Assembly (NCBI GenBank): GCA_963662465.1
Contig: OY759599.1
Location: 32,001 to 96,000, forward strand
Source: Desulfatiglandales bacterium
Lineage (GTDB): Bacteria > Desulfobacterota > DSM-4660 > Desulfatiglandales > Desulfatiglandaceae
Direction of reading: 5' to 3'
DNA length: 64,000 nt
Within the stretch, counting starts at the first letter, position 1. Each line of letters opens with the position of its first letter. Below the pieces are notes generated by a model, which was given only the letters and a program-made list of their open reading frames with translations, searched no databases and had not been told where the DNA came from. Positions 9,968 to 19,965 of this stretch are shown here, piece after piece. Position numbers and translations under genes: made by a program.

Positions 9968-10174
9968 TTAGCCTTGTTCTTTCAGGGTGGGATCAGGACC
10001 AGGGCTGGGTGCTCTGGTCTGCTTTTTTTTAATATCATCTGGAATATCTACAGTTACTATACTTCCTATTTCAACAACATCATTATACATTGGTGGGACA
10101 GAAATAAATTTTCTTGTGTTTCCATGTCTATCCTTTCCAGCTTTGATTGCCTTTGCTCTAAACCTCATACACAC
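9968..10174 (-). CDS. Small AbrB-like DNA-binding protein (tentative)
   Basis: KAIKAG...RKFISVPP....V.IG..V.VDI swapped-hairpin-like pattern. Confidence 0.45.
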   Translation of the reverse strand: MCMRFRAKAIKAGKDRHGNTRKFISVPPMYNDVVEIGSIVTVDIPDDIKKKQTRAPSPGPDPTLKEQG

Positions 10175-10229
10175 ACGATAAACACAGCATATATTTAAAC
10201 TTTCCTAACTCCTTTTAAGTGGTTAATAA

Positions 10230-10515
10230 ACTCTACGCCATTTTACGTAGAGTGTTTTTGCAACATGTTATAAAAAACTATCAAAAAGTATGATTTTTGC
10301 CGGAAAATTGACTCTACGGAATTATCACGTAGAGTCCTATTTTGACCTATTTGTTGCCTCTGAAAAATAACTCTACGGTCAAAACACGTAGAGTGGTTTT
10401 TATGCATTTACCGTGTTTAACTTAACTACTACTCTACGTATTTTCTACTAGTAGTTAGTCTACGTTACATAAATATATATTATATAATATACTCTACGGA
10501 ATTATCGCGTAGAGT
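10230..10515. repeat. Five regularly spaced palindromes ACTCTACG-N8/9-CGTAGAGT (candidate origin or operator array)
   Basis: Copies start at 10230, 10311, 10370, 10431 (degenerate) and 10491; AT-only tract at 10471-10490. Confidence 0.85.
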
Positions 10516-10591
10516 TAAATCCTTATTTTTTGATGAAAATGTCAAAATCCACCAAAAAGTATATATACTCAAGCATGTATGAATAAAAAAT

Positions 10592-11803
10592 ATGGCAGAA
10601 ATTGATATCCTTGCACCTTTCCGAAACATCAGCCCAGGCCAATTCATATCCAGATATTCTGATTGGATTCTTTTTATACTCCTGATCTTCTTTTTTTGGT
10701 CCGTTATCACAATCTCACTCAAAAAACGCTTTGGTGATTCAAAGGCATTTAGAATCCTAGCAACCTCTACAGCCCTATTATTATCAGTTAGTACATACTA
10801 TATGATTTACAAAGGCAAACTTAACATATCTCTAGAAGGGCTTGGTATGTTTGGAGCCATGCTCGTCCTGATTGTGATATTTTTCATTCTTTTTGCTCTG
10901 CAAAGAAACTTTAATATGAAAACTAAACTTTCTCTTCCATTAGGATTTGTCCTGTTTTATTTGTCGCTAGTTAGACTAACACCTAACATCATGAATGATA
11001 TCCAAAATATATTTCCATTTGCAAAAGCAATTATGGTAGGACTATTTTTATTTTCATTATATAGGGTGATAGTCGAGTTCATAAAACATTCAAAAGGAGA
11101 TTTGAAGTTAGAAGCACAAAAAATAGAAAATATTCGAATCCCACCAAAAGATGTGCCAGAGATCAACCATGAGCTGAAGGATGACAAGAAGGAAAAAAAA
11201 CTGCTGAAAGGCAAAACCTTGAAACTTACAAAGATGGAGATCAATACTGTTGATGATATAGAAAACCTACTAGGCCACCTAATTAAATTGATTAAGGAGA
11301 AAGGCAAAAATATCAGTCAGGATGAAACCTTGCAGATCTCCAACTATCTTAGGCAATTGTCTAACAAAGAAAATATTCTCATCAGAAGTATGCCTATTTT
11401 GAAAAGGCAGGCAGAAATCTTCAAATCAAAACATAGAAAAGATATCAATGAACTCCAAAAGCGATACCAGGAAGCCAAGGATAATCCTAAACAACAGGAA
11501 ATAATAAAAGAAGAAATCTCATTCCAAAAGCGAATGATTGAAGTGCTGGACTTCATCGAAACCTATGAAAATAGAATCGTAGAATTCACACAATCACTCA
11601 ACCAAACAATCTCTAAGTCTATGATTAAGCTCAGAAGTATTTACCCTCACGAATGCGTGGAATATCTGGAATCTGCCAGAAAATCGATTGAAGGCATGAA
11701 ACATATTTTCAAAAAACAAAAAGAGCTTGAGAAATATGTCCTCTCGCTGAACAAGAAAACAATTAAGGATCTGAAGAAAGAAAAAAAGGCAGATCAATCT
11801 TAA
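10592..11803 (+). CDS. Membrane protein (~5 N-terminal TM segments) with a coiled-coil C-terminus
   Basis: 403-aa ORF; hydrophobic N-half and K/E-rich helical C-half. Confidence 0.75.
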   Translation: MAEIDILAPFRNISPGQFISRYSDWILFILLIFFFWSVITISLKKRFGDSKAFRILATSTALLLSVSTYYMIYKGKLNISLEGLGMFGAMLVLIVIFFILFALQRNFNMKTKLSLPLGFVLFYLSLVRLTPNIMNDIQNIFPFAKAIMVGLFLFSLYRVIVEFIKHSKGDLKLEAQKIENIRIPPKDVPEINHELKDDKKEKKLLKGKTLKLTKMEINTVDDIENLLGHLIKLIKEKGKNISQDETLQISNYLRQLSNKENILIRSMPILKRQAEIFKSKHRKDINELQKRYQEAKDNPKQQEIIKEEISFQKRMIEVLDFIETYENRIVEFTQSLNQTISKSMIKLRSIYPHECVEYLESARKSIEGMKHIFKKQKELEKYVLSLNKKTIKDLKKEKKADQS

Positions 11804-11930
11804 AATTAGAACAACGCTCAAAGATTAATCTTTTGCCTTCTGATTTGGCACGCCAGACATCTGTTTGACTCAATGCATTGTTAAGAAAGAAGTTTCTTTG
11901 TAGAAATTGGTTTCGCGCTTTCAATTTTAG

Positions 11931-12119
11931 TCACCTCAAATTGCCAAAATAGGCATTATAGTTTTTACCGAAAGAAGGGTTTGAATTGCTCACCTTTTTT
12001 CTATTCTCATCCTCAATAACGAGGCAAATATTTCCGTTCTGAATCCTATATTTGTCGATTACTTTGCCATCAATTGTCTGCAATGAATTCATATAACCCA
12101 TTTTTGTCGAAGCCTTTAG
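11931..12119 (-). pseudogene. 3' part of a hypothetical gene interrupted by IS701
   Basis: The ORF runs into the IS end and the reading frame appears to continue past 14066. Confidence 0.4.
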
Positions 12120-12336
12120 TTCTACTTTGTCACTCTCCATTTGAGGGTTATTTTCAATATATGCTATTGATTTAATTTATATTTTTCTCTTGACATGGTC
12201 AGAATAACATGTTAGTTTCGACCCATGAAAAAACGAAATCAATGGGGCGTTGGTATGAGTACCAACAGCCCACCAGAACAATCGTAGTCTTGATAAAGGA
12301 GCGACCCATGCCAACAGCCCCCTCGGGGGCATAGAT

Positions 12337-13662
12337 GTGTATTTTGGTGAGTTCCACGATAGATATTCTCCGTTATTTCAAACACATAGCAGAGTAGCGG
12401 CAAGAAAGTCTCTTCAATATTTTAAAGGCTTGGTCCAAGCAAAGAAAAAGAACATGGAGCGGATGGCCGAGGCTGTTCCTTTTTCAGATGATCAAGCTCT
12501 TCAACATTTTTTGACAAATTCTCGGTGGGATGAACAACTGATTGTCGACCAAATTGCGGCAGACGCAAACAATCATATTGGGGGAAAACAAGACAGCTGT
12601 TTGATCATTGATGAAACGGGGTTCCCCAAGAAAGGAGATAAGTCGGTTGGGGTTAAAAGGCAGTGGTGTGGGCAACTTGGGAAGGTAGACAATTGTCAGG
12701 TAGGCGTTTTTTCAGCGCTTGGGTGCAGGGAACACGCTACTCCTGTTGGCTTCAAATTGTACCTTCCGGAAGACTGGACTGATGATAAGGAAAGATGTAA
12801 AGCTGCTGGTATTCCAGATGAATCCATTGTTTTTTACAGCAAGCATGACCTTGCTTTCCAGCTGGTCCTTGAGGCCCGGAAACAGGGCATTCAATTCGGC
12901 TGGGTCGGTGCAGATGGTTTCTACGGGGAAAGCCCTGCCTTTTTACGGTCTTTGGATCAAATCAATGAAACCTTCATGATTGACGTTCATAAGAATCAAC
13001 GTATTTATCTCGAAAACCCGGAGCCGGTAGTTCCACAGAGAAGATCAAATAAAGGTCCAGAGCCGAAAAAGGCAAAAGCCCAAACAGAACCTGTCAGGGT
13101 CGATAAGTGGTCAGAACAACAGCCGGAAGATGCTTGGCAGAGAACGAATGTAAGAGACACGACCAAGGGAAAGCTTCAGGTCGACGTTCTGCATAGACGT
13201 GTATGGCTTTGGGACGGGGAGGAACTGGAGGCACATTGTTGGCACCTGATTGTTCGGAGGGAGGTTGCTGGAAATAAAGTAAAATTTACTTTGAGCAATG
13301 CTCCAGAGAACACTTCGCTGGAACGTTTGATATTTATGCAGGCACAGCGCTACTGGATAGAGCGTTCATTTCAAGACGCAAAGGTTGAATGTGGTTTAGG
13401 GGAGTACCAGGTGCGAAAGTGGCGGAGTTGGCATCACCACATGGCAATGGTCATGATGGCAATGCTATTTTTATTAGAGCAACGCCTTTTATATAAAAGG
13501 GATATCCCCTTATTGAGTTGTTTTGACATTGTTTGCATTCTTTCATTTCTTTTACCCCAAAGAGCCTTCACAACGGATGAAGTTTTTCGGCAAATGGAAA
13601 TTCGCCACAAAAAGCGTCAATCTGCAATTGACTCAGCATATCGTAAACAGCTCGCAGAATAA
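12337..13662 (+). CDS. IS701-family DDE transposase
   Basis: IIDETGFPKKGDKSVGVKRQWCGQLGKVDNCQ, GADGFYG, RYWIERSFQDAKVECGL. Confidence 0.95.
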   Translation: MYFGEFHDRYSPLFQTHSRVAARKSLQYFKGLVQAKKKNMERMAEAVPFSDDQALQHFLTNSRWDEQLIVDQIAADANNHIGGKQDSCLIIDETGFPKKGDKSVGVKRQWCGQLGKVDNCQVGVFSALGCREHATPVGFKLYLPEDWTDDKERCKAAGIPDESIVFYSKHDLAFQLVLEARKQGIQFGWVGADGFYGESPAFLRSLDQINETFMIDVHKNQRIYLENPEPVVPQRRSNKGPEPKKAKAQTEPVRVDKWSEQQPEDAWQRTNVRDTTKGKLQVDVLHRRVWLWDGEELEAHCWHLIVRREVAGNKVKFTLSNAPENTSLERLIFMQAQRYWIERSFQDAKVECGLGEYQVRKWRSWHHHMAMVMMAMLFLLEQRLLYKRDIPLLSCFDIVCILSFLLPQRAFTTDEVFRQMEIRHKKRQSAIDSAYRKQLAE

Positions 13663-13685
13663 GCGGAAGGTTGGTTGTGGGAAAG

Positions 13686-14040
13686 CAGCAATTCTAATTA
13701 CGGCTTTTGAGTTAAGCCGCAGTTTGTTTTTTTTGTTGCCATTCACGGGTAGCGAATTCACCTTATTCCCAGATTCTGTTCAGGAATAAGGGAAAAAACA
13801 TTAGGCGCTGGATGTTATTGTAGGGGCAAGCCCCTGTGCCTGCCCTGCTGATGCTGTCCAAACGCCTTAATAGAGGACAAGCAGGGTAACCACGGGGGGA
13901 TTGCCCCTACGGCACGACATAAAACTGGATGTGTAATGAGATGTGTTTGTGGGAGCAACTTTCAGAACTACGAGAAATTGTGGAGGAATGCCGTCTGTAC
14001 TGCGTTTTGCGATTAAACGACATCATAATGAGAATTGCTG
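13686..14040. mobile_element. Non-autonomous MITE inserted at the IS701 right end
   Basis: IRs CAGCAATTCT / AGAATTGCTG; 9-bp duplication GTGGGAAAG at 13677-13685 and 14041-14049. Confidence 0.85.
13820..13910. repeat. GTAG-type REP pair inside the MITE
   Basis: GTAGGGGCAAGCCCCTGTGCCTGCCC ... GGGTAACCACGGGGGGATTGCCCCTAC. Confidence 0.75.
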
Positions 14041-14406
14041 GTGGGAAAGTGACAAAGTAGAATTAGTTGTTTGGGAAATACTGGAAGCTTTTAAATCTTT
14101 CGGTTTAGGGTGAGCAGCCTTGGATTTTCGAGGTATGGTTACAAAATAGGATTTCTTGTCTATGTATTTAAGCGATTATCAGCTGAAAGGGAAGGAGCAT
14201 TGGAATATCTTTCGCAGAACTACCCTCACTTGCCCGCCAATGCCTTTCTGGGCGTAATGGTTCAGACAGCTTAAATGGCAAAAAAGTGATCCAGCATAAT
14301 AGATTGTGTATAATGACGATGGCAGGCGGGGATGGTAAAAGAAGTGCAAAAGATCCTGGCCCGATCGGAAACCGAGGTTTTATCCTGAAATTTTATCGTT
14401 TTTGTG

Positions 14407-14435
14407 TTGACAATATTTTTGGCCCCGATTATAAG
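14407..14435 (+). promoter_or_regulatory. Sigma70-like promoter
   Basis: TTGACA-17 bp-TATAAG upstream of the regulator. Confidence 0.6.
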
Positions 14436-14490
14436 GCCGTTCTATGTAAAACGTTTCGATCAGGCATTCATCCTTCTGGCATAGAATAAA

Positions 14491-15051
14491 ATGGAAATCT
14501 CGGAAAAATCTTTTCAGATATTAGATGCCCTCGACACGCATGAAGTCGTCAGCCAACGTCAGCTGGCTAAACACTCCAGTGTAAGCCTTGCCCAGGTCAA
14601 TTATCTCCTCAAGAGGCTTTTAGAAAAAGGCCTTGTGAAGGTAAAAAACTTCCAAAAGAAACCCAATAAATCAAGCTATCTCTATCTCTTAACACCAAAA
14701 GGCCTGGAAGCCAAATCTCAGGTGGCCGTCCGATTTGTAAAATCCAGACTGAAAGAATACAACCATCTCAAAGACTCATTGACCAAAAAGTTGACCTCTA
14801 TTGAAAGAACGGTCCCCGTCAGGGTTATTTTTGTTGGACCTCTTATGGTCAAAGACTTTGTGGATTCCGTAATAAAAGAGAACGGTCTGAAGCTTATTGT
14901 AGTTGGTCACTATAACCAATGGAAGGATCTGAAAGAAACCGAACAGGAATCGTTCGATGTCGCGCTATTGTTAGACGGTAATAAAGAAGGCATAAAGAAG
15001 ATCAGTAATCACCTGAATATTCCCAGAGATAAGTTTGCCGCCTTGTGGTAA
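14491..15051 (+). CDS. MarR-family EPS-associated winged-helix regulator
   Basis: SQRQLA..SL..VNY.LK.L..KG.VK..NF....NK..Y.YLLTPKG. Confidence 0.88.
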   Translation: MEISEKSFQILDALDTHEVVSQRQLAKHSSVSLAQVNYLLKRLLEKGLVKVKNFQKKPNKSSYLYLLTPKGLEAKSQVAVRFVKSRLKEYNHLKDSLTKKLTSIERTVPVRVIFVGPLMVKDFVDSVIKENGLKLIVVGHYNQWKDLKETEQESFDVALLLDGNKEGIKKISNHLNIPRDKFAALW

Positions 15052-15133
15052 AAATGTTCGAAACGTGCAGTAAAAAACAAGCTATCTAAACCAATATTAA
15101 GTGAAATTGAAAGGTTATATCAAGTCATCCAGC

Positions 15134-15157
15134 GTAACCCAAGGGGCGGAGCTGTCT
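15134..15157 (+). promoter_or_regulatory. Candidate JUMPstart/ops-like element
   Basis: GTAACCCAAGGGGCGGAGCTGTCT; near-identical copy at 5372-5395; resembles AAGCCAAGGGCGGTAGCGT. Confidence 0.4.
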
Positions 15158-15225
15158 CAACATCTTTTGCCCCCTCCAGAAGATTGAAGTTCATCACGTC
15201 CATGCTTACTGAATAAAACAGCAGA

Positions 15226-15320
15226 ACTTCAACCCAAAACCCAAAACTCAAAACCCAAAACCGCTGTTCCAATGCCCGAAACTCAAAACCCAAAACTGCT
15301 GTTCCAATGCCCAAAACCGC
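15226..15320 (+). repeat. C-rich heptamer tract (AAAACCC/AAAACTC) with CTGCTGTTCC
   Basis: Reverse complement of part of the 105-bp array unit at 54-57 kb. Confidence 0.85.
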
Positions 15321-15460
15321 CTTCTTGTAATCCAAAGAGCGGGGAGCTATGTGCGAAGTACCTTAAGAACCATGATCTTACTGCCCTCTGCCCCCTGACA
15401 ACTGCACCCTTTAACAACGACAATAAGGAAAGCCTTACACGAATTGGAGGAGAAGGAACT

Positions 15461-15847
15461 ATGCCGACGGCCCTGGAATTGCTCCCAAAAGGTTGGCGTT
15501 ATTACATTGAGGCTGCGTCCCGCCGGCCCGCCCCACCTGAATTGACCCAGGAACAGGAACACCAACGCGAGCAGATTATAGCGCGACTTCAAGAGGTGGC
15601 AGCAATGCTGAAAAGCCGCTTTGGTGTTCGACGAGTTATTTTATTTGGCTCGCTTGCCCGAAAGCTCTCGTTTACTCCTGGTTCAGATGTGGATATAGCC
15701 GTTGAAGGACTGAACACGAAAAAATATTGGCAGGCTTGGAAGTTGGCTGAGGAGATGATCGGAGATCGCCCAGTGGACTTTGTCCAAATTGAGACAGCGA
15801 AAGAGTCTCTCAAGCGAGCGGTTCAACGCTATGGAATAGACCTATGA
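15461..15847 (+). CDS. Minimal nucleotidyltransferase (MNT) antitoxin
   Basis: VILFGSLAR...SDVDIAV...VDFV; start ATG 15461 after an RBS. Confidence 0.88.
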   Translation: MPTALELLPKGWRYYIEAASRRPAPPELTQEQEHQREQIIARLQEVAAMLKSRFGVRRVILFGSLARKLSFTPGSDVDIAVEGLNTKKYWQAWKLAEEMIGDRPVDFVQIETAKESLKRAVQRYGIDL

Positions 15848-16089
15848 ACAGGGGATTGGAAGCGCTTGTTGAGCGAATTCATGGAGAAATCCCTGATTTG
15901 GATCGGCTTGTGCAAAGGGTGTTATCTGCTTGGAACCGCTCCAAAAGCAAATTGAAGGAACAAGACATTTACTTGGAATCTGTTGCTTTAAATCTCCACG
16001 GCTTTTATTCAGGAGTTGAACGTCTATTTGCTGAACTACTGGCTTTCGCAGATTTTCTAGCAGATTTGGCTCAGGCAAGCAAGACGTGA
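15844..16089 (+). pseudogene. HEPN/DUF86-like toxin with an internal deletion
   Basis: VALNLHGFYSGVERLF is joined directly to a C-terminal helix; no RxxxxH motif. Confidence 0.7.
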
Positions 16090-16395
16090 TCATTCTTAGT
16101 GCAATATTCCACAGAAATTCTCAAAAGGACTTCATTCCCCATGCTCTCTGCCATTATACGCACCCCCGGTGGATTGTTCGTATCCTATTCAAATTCCCTG
16201 GTAGATTCAGCAGAAATGATGAAGAAAGGGAAAACTTTCATCCATTAACCTTCAAGCCCTTCATGTCCTTCATGGTAAAACACATTTTTTCAATTCGTCC
16301 ATAGCCCATTTGCCCATAGCCCATTGCCTACCATACCGATGCCGCAGGCTTCATAAACTTACACCTTTAAAAAATCTCAATCCAAGAGGAATCAA

Positions 16396-18057
16396 ATGAA
16401 AAACAATCAACCCAACATCGCCGTCATCGGCTCCGGCTACTGGGGCAAAAACCTCGTTCGCAACTACCACCAGATCGGTGCTCTCAAACTCATCTGCGAT
16501 AAAAACGAAACCGTCCTCTCCAGCTTTCAAGAGCAATACCCCGGCGTGGACACCTGCATGGCCCTAAACGACACCCTCTCCCGAGAAGACATTCAAGGGA
16601 TCGTCATCGCTACACCGGCCGAAACCCACTACATCCTGGCTCGGGAAGCCCTCCTCGCCGGCAAACATGTCTATATCGAAAAACCCCTGGTCCTCAAAGA
16701 GGAAGATGGGCAGGATCTGATTCGACTGGCCAAAGAGAAAAACCTGGTCCTCATGGTGGGCCACCTGCTTCAGTACCATCCCGTCTTTCTCAAACTGAAG
16801 GAGATGGCCGCCTCCGGTGAACTGGGGCGCATCAATTACATCTATTCCCACCGGCTCAATTTAGGCAAAATCCGCCGGGAAGAAAATATCCTCTGGTCCT
16901 TCGCCCCCCACGACATCTCCATGATCCTCTCCCTGGCCGGAGAAGTACCGGATGCGGTCATGGCCACGGGCGGCAATTATCTACACAAAAAAATCGCCGA
17001 TGTCACCACCACCCACCTGGAGTTCCCCTCGGGCCTTCGCGCTCACATCTTTGTCTCCTGGCTGCACCCCTTTAAGGTCCAGCAACTGGTCGTGGTTGGG
17101 GACAAAAAGATGGCGGTATTTGACGACACCCAACCATGGGAAGACAAACTGCTCCTCTATCCCCACGAAATCAAGTGGCAGAACAACATCCCCATCCCCT
17201 CCAAAGCAGAAGCGCAAAGGGTCGATATTCCTCAGGCCGAACCACTCAAAATGGAATGCGAACATTTTCTCCATTGCATGACAAATTGCCGGAGACCCCA
17301 GACCGACGGTGCCGAAGGCCTCCGCGTTCTCCGTATCCTGAATGCCGCACAACAATCGCTGGATGGTGACAGTGAGAAGATTGATCTCGCGCAAAGACGC
17401 AAAGACGCAAAGGGGTTAGATCGGGGAAAAGAAGAAGGTAAGAAGGTTAGAGGGTTAGAGGGTAAGGCAGACAAAGAAAAAACATATTTTTCCCACGAAA
17501 CGGCCCTTATTGACGATAATGTAACAGTCGGGGATGGAAGCAAAATCTGGCATTTCAGTCACGTACTTTCCAACTCGACCATCGGTGAAAACTGCAACAT
17601 CGGGCAGAACGTGGTGATCGGTCCGGACGTCACCATCGGCAAAGGATGCAAAATCCAGAACAACGTTTCCGTCTACAAAGGGGTCACCCTGGAAGACGGT
17701 GTTTTCTGTGGACCTTCCATGGTCTTCACCAATATCTACAATCCCCGGGCCGAAATCCGGAAGATGGACCAGGTACGTCCCACCTTGGTCAAACATGGCG
17801 CAACCCTGGGCGCCAACTGCACAATCGTCTGTGGAACCACCATAGGGGAATACGGCTTTGTGGGCGCCGGCGCCGTGGTCACCCGAAATGTCCCTAGGCA
17901 TGCCCTAATGTTGGGCAATCCAGCCAGAAGGGTCGGATGGATGTGCCAATGCGGAGAACGCCTGACCGACGACCTGGACTGCCTCACGTGCGGAAAGACC
18001 TATGAAAAGAATGAAGAAGGCCTAAAAGAAAAAATTAGACAGGATTTACAGGATTAA
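16396..18057 (+). CDS. Fused Gfo/Idh/MocA oxidoreductase + hexapeptide N-acetyltransferase (WbpB-WbpD/WlbA-WlbB-like)
   Basis: [18 protein letters not shown]-terminal [24 protein letters not shown]. Confidence 0.9.
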   Translation: MKNNQPNIAVIGSGYWGKNLVRNYHQIGALKLICDKNETVLSSFQEQYPGVDTCMALNDTLSREDIQGIVIATPAETHYILAREALLAGKHVYIEKPLVLKEEDGQDLIRLAKEKNLVLMVGHLLQYHPVFLKLKEMAASGELGRINYIYSHRLNLGKIRREENILWSFAPHDISMILSLAGEVPDAVMATGGNYLHKKIADVTTTHLEFPSGLRAHIFVSWLHPFKVQQLVVVGDKKMAVFDDTQPWEDKLLLYPHEIKWQNNIPIPSKAEAQRVDIPQAEPLKMECEHFLHCMTNCRRPQTDGAEGLRVLRILNAAQQSLDGDSEKIDLAQRRKDAKGLDRGKEEGKKVRGLEGKADKEKTYFSHETALIDDNVTVGDGSKIWHFSHVLSNSTIGENCNIGQNVVIGPDVTIGKGCKIQNNVSVYKGVTLEDGVFCGPSMVFTNIYNPRAEIRKMDQVRPTLVKHGATLGANCTIVCGTTIGEYGFVGAGAVVTRNVPRHALMLGNPARRVGWMCQCGERLTDDLDCLTCGKTYEKNEEGLKEKIRQDLQD

Positions 18058-18107
18058 CAAGATAAAATAATAAAAAAATCCTGCAAAATCCTGTAAATCC
18101 TGTCTAA
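18035..18107. repeat. Empty inverted pair of ACAGGATT / AATCCTGT 9-mer arms
   Basis: TTAGACAGGATTTACAGGATT ... AATCCTGTAAATCCTGTCTAA, a perfect 21-bp inverted repeat. Confidence 0.9.
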
Positions 18108-18123
18108 AAAAAGAGAGGAAAAA

Positions 18124-19212
18124 ATGCAATTCATAGACCTAAAAACCCAACAATCCCGCATCCGTCAAAAACTCGAAGCCCGCATCAACCACGTCCTCGA
18201 CCACGGTCAATACATCATGGGCCCGGAAGTGAAAGAGCTGGAAGAGAAGCTCCGTGCTTTCGTCGGCACCAACCATTGCATCACCTGTTCATCCGGCACG
18301 GATGCCCTCTTGATCGCCCTCATGGCCCTGGATATCGGACCCGGTGACGAGGTGATCACCGTCCCCTACACCTGGATTTCAACCGCGGAAGTCATTGCGC
18401 TCCTGAACGCCAAACCCGTTTTCGTGGACATCCAGGACACCTTCAACATGGACCCGGACCTGATTGAAGCGGCCATCACCCCCAATACCAAAGCCATCAT
18501 GCCGGTGAGTATCTACGGCCAATGCGCGGACATGACCCGGATCAACGCCATTGCGGAAAAGCACAACATCCCGGTCATCGAAGACGGGGCTCAGAGCTTT
18601 GGCGCCACGCACCATGGCAAGAAGTCCTGCGGTCTTTCCGCCATCGGCTGCACCTCCTTCTTCCCGTCCAAACCCCTGGGCTGTTATGGCGACGGTGGCG
18701 CCATCTTCACCAATGATGATGGATTGGCGGAGAAAATGCGACAGATCCGCGTCCACGGTCAGAAGGTCAAGCATCAGCATCCCCTGGTCGGCATCAATGG
18801 ACGTTTGGACACCATGCAGGCAGCCATTCTGCTTGAAAAATTGGAGCTATTCCCTGAGGAATGCTGGCTACGATGGGAGGCCGGGCAGTGTTACAATGAA
18901 CTCCTTTCTGAAGTCACAGGTATTAAAACCCCAGTCATTTCAAAGGGAAACGATTCCGTTTATGCCCAGTATACGCTTCTAACGGAAAATCGCGACAAGG
19001 TATCGAATGTGCTGAAGGCAGAGGGCATCCCATCTGTAGCCTACTATGCAGTACCGTTGCACCTGCAGGGGGCATTTACAGATCTCGGTCATAAAGCGGG
19101 AGATTTTCCAGTCGCGGAACAGGTCGCGGCCAACTGCCTGAGTCTGCCGATGCATCCATATCTCAGTCTGGAAGACCAGAAGCGGATCGCTTCCGCCATT
19201 GAAGATGGATGA
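18124..19212 (+). CDS. wbpE: DegT/DnrJ aminotransferase (WbpE/WlbC-like)
   Basis: MQFIDL, SSGTDAL, IEDGAQSFGA, SFFPSKPLGCYGDGG. Confidence 0.88.
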   Translation: MQFIDLKTQQSRIRQKLEARINHVLDHGQYIMGPEVKELEEKLRAFVGTNHCITCSSGTDALLIALMALDIGPGDEVITVPYTWISTAEVIALLNAKPVFVDIQDTFNMDPDLIEAAITPNTKAIMPVSIYGQCADMTRINAIAEKHNIPVIEDGAQSFGATHHGKKSCGLSAIGCTSFFPSKPLGCYGDGGAIFTNDDGLAEKMRQIRVHGQKVKHQHPLVGINGRLDTMQAAILLEKLELFPEECWLRWEAGQCYNELLSEVTGIKTPVISKGNDSVYAQYTLLTENRDKVSNVLKAEGIPSVAYYAVPLHLQGAFTDLGHKAGDFPVAEQVAANCLSLPMHPYLSLEDQKRIASAIEDG

Positions 19213-19261
19213 TGGTCATTAACTCAAAACCCATAACCCAACACTCAAAACTGATTTTCCA

Positions 19262-19332
19262 CCCATGCATCCATAACTCAGCGGTGAAGACCAAAAGCGA
19301 ATCGCGGTCAGTATTGGAGATGGGCGATGTAA
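19262..19332 (+). pseudogene. Diverged duplicate of the aminotransferase 3' end
   Basis: PMHP*LSGEDQKRIAVSIGDG versus PMHPYLSLEDQKRIASAIEDG. Confidence 0.75.
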
Positions 19333-19389
19333 CTGTTTAACTGGGGTTGGCAAAGTCTCCCATTATACAAGATTTGACAACGATTCTTA

Positions 19390-19418
19390 TTGACTAAAAT
19401 AGCCGATATGTCTATAAT
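19390..19418 (+). promoter_or_regulatory. Sigma70-like promoter of the TA module
   Basis: TTGACT-17 bp-TATAAT. Confidence 0.7.
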
Positions 19419-19454
19419 GCCTACATTAGCTAACAATCAATTGGAGGATATAGT

Positions 19455-19697
19455 ATGGACGTTACGGCGACAGAGTTGAAAAACAGATTGGGGAGATACC
19501 TGGATACGGCCGAGAGGGTTCCTGTCATTGTCAAAAAGTCAGGAAGGAAGAAGTCAGTCATCATATCCCATAGAATGTATGAGAGATTCCTCGAAATGGA
19601 GGACACATACTGGGCTCAGAAGGCTCGCGAAGCTGAAGAGGGGGGCTACTTGGGTGAGATTGAAACCAGACGCCTTTTGAGCGGAGAAGATGTATAA
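19455..19697 (+). CDS. Phd/YefM antitoxin
   Basis: VTATELKNRLGRYLD..PV.V.K.GR. Confidence 0.88.
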   Translation: MDVTATELKNRLGRYLDTAERVPVIVKKSGRKKSVIISHRMYERFLEMEDTYWAQKAREAEEGGYLGEIETRRLLSGEDV

Positions 19698-19965
19698 GCT
19701 GGATATCACCAAGGCTGCCGGAAAATTTGTCAAAAAATTGGATGCAAAACAATACCGTCAAGTATTATCAAAAATTCTGGAACTGAGAGAAGAGGCCGAT
19801 CCCCATGACTCAAAGCAACTCATTGGCAGCCCTGAGTACAGACGAGTGGATATAGGCGAGTATCGTATCATCTATAGAGTTGAAAAAGATAATTTTAAAA
19901 TCGCTGTCGTTGGCAAACGAAACGATGACGATGTTTACAGAAGATTTAAAAGAAAAGACAAATGA
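19690..19965 (+). CDS. relE: RelE/ParE-family toxin
   Basis: YRRVDIGEYRIIY, GKRND..VY. Confidence 0.9.
   Translation: MYKLDITKAAGKFVKKLDAKQYRQVLSKILELREEADPHDSKQLIGSPEYRRVDIGEYRIIYRVEKDNFKIAVVGKRNDDDVYRRFKRKDK

Larger units (their letters stand above)
12120..14062 (+). mobile_element. IS701-family element
   Basis: Terminal IRs TTCTACTTTGTCAC / GTGACAAAGTAGAA; TTAG target duplication on both sides. Confidence 0.9.

Noticed and set aside
10230..10515. Mini-CRISPR (about 25-bp palindrome, 60-bp period)
   Set aside because: The loop sequences differ between repeats, one spacing is 81 bp, and no cas gene or leader is evident; binding sites fit better.
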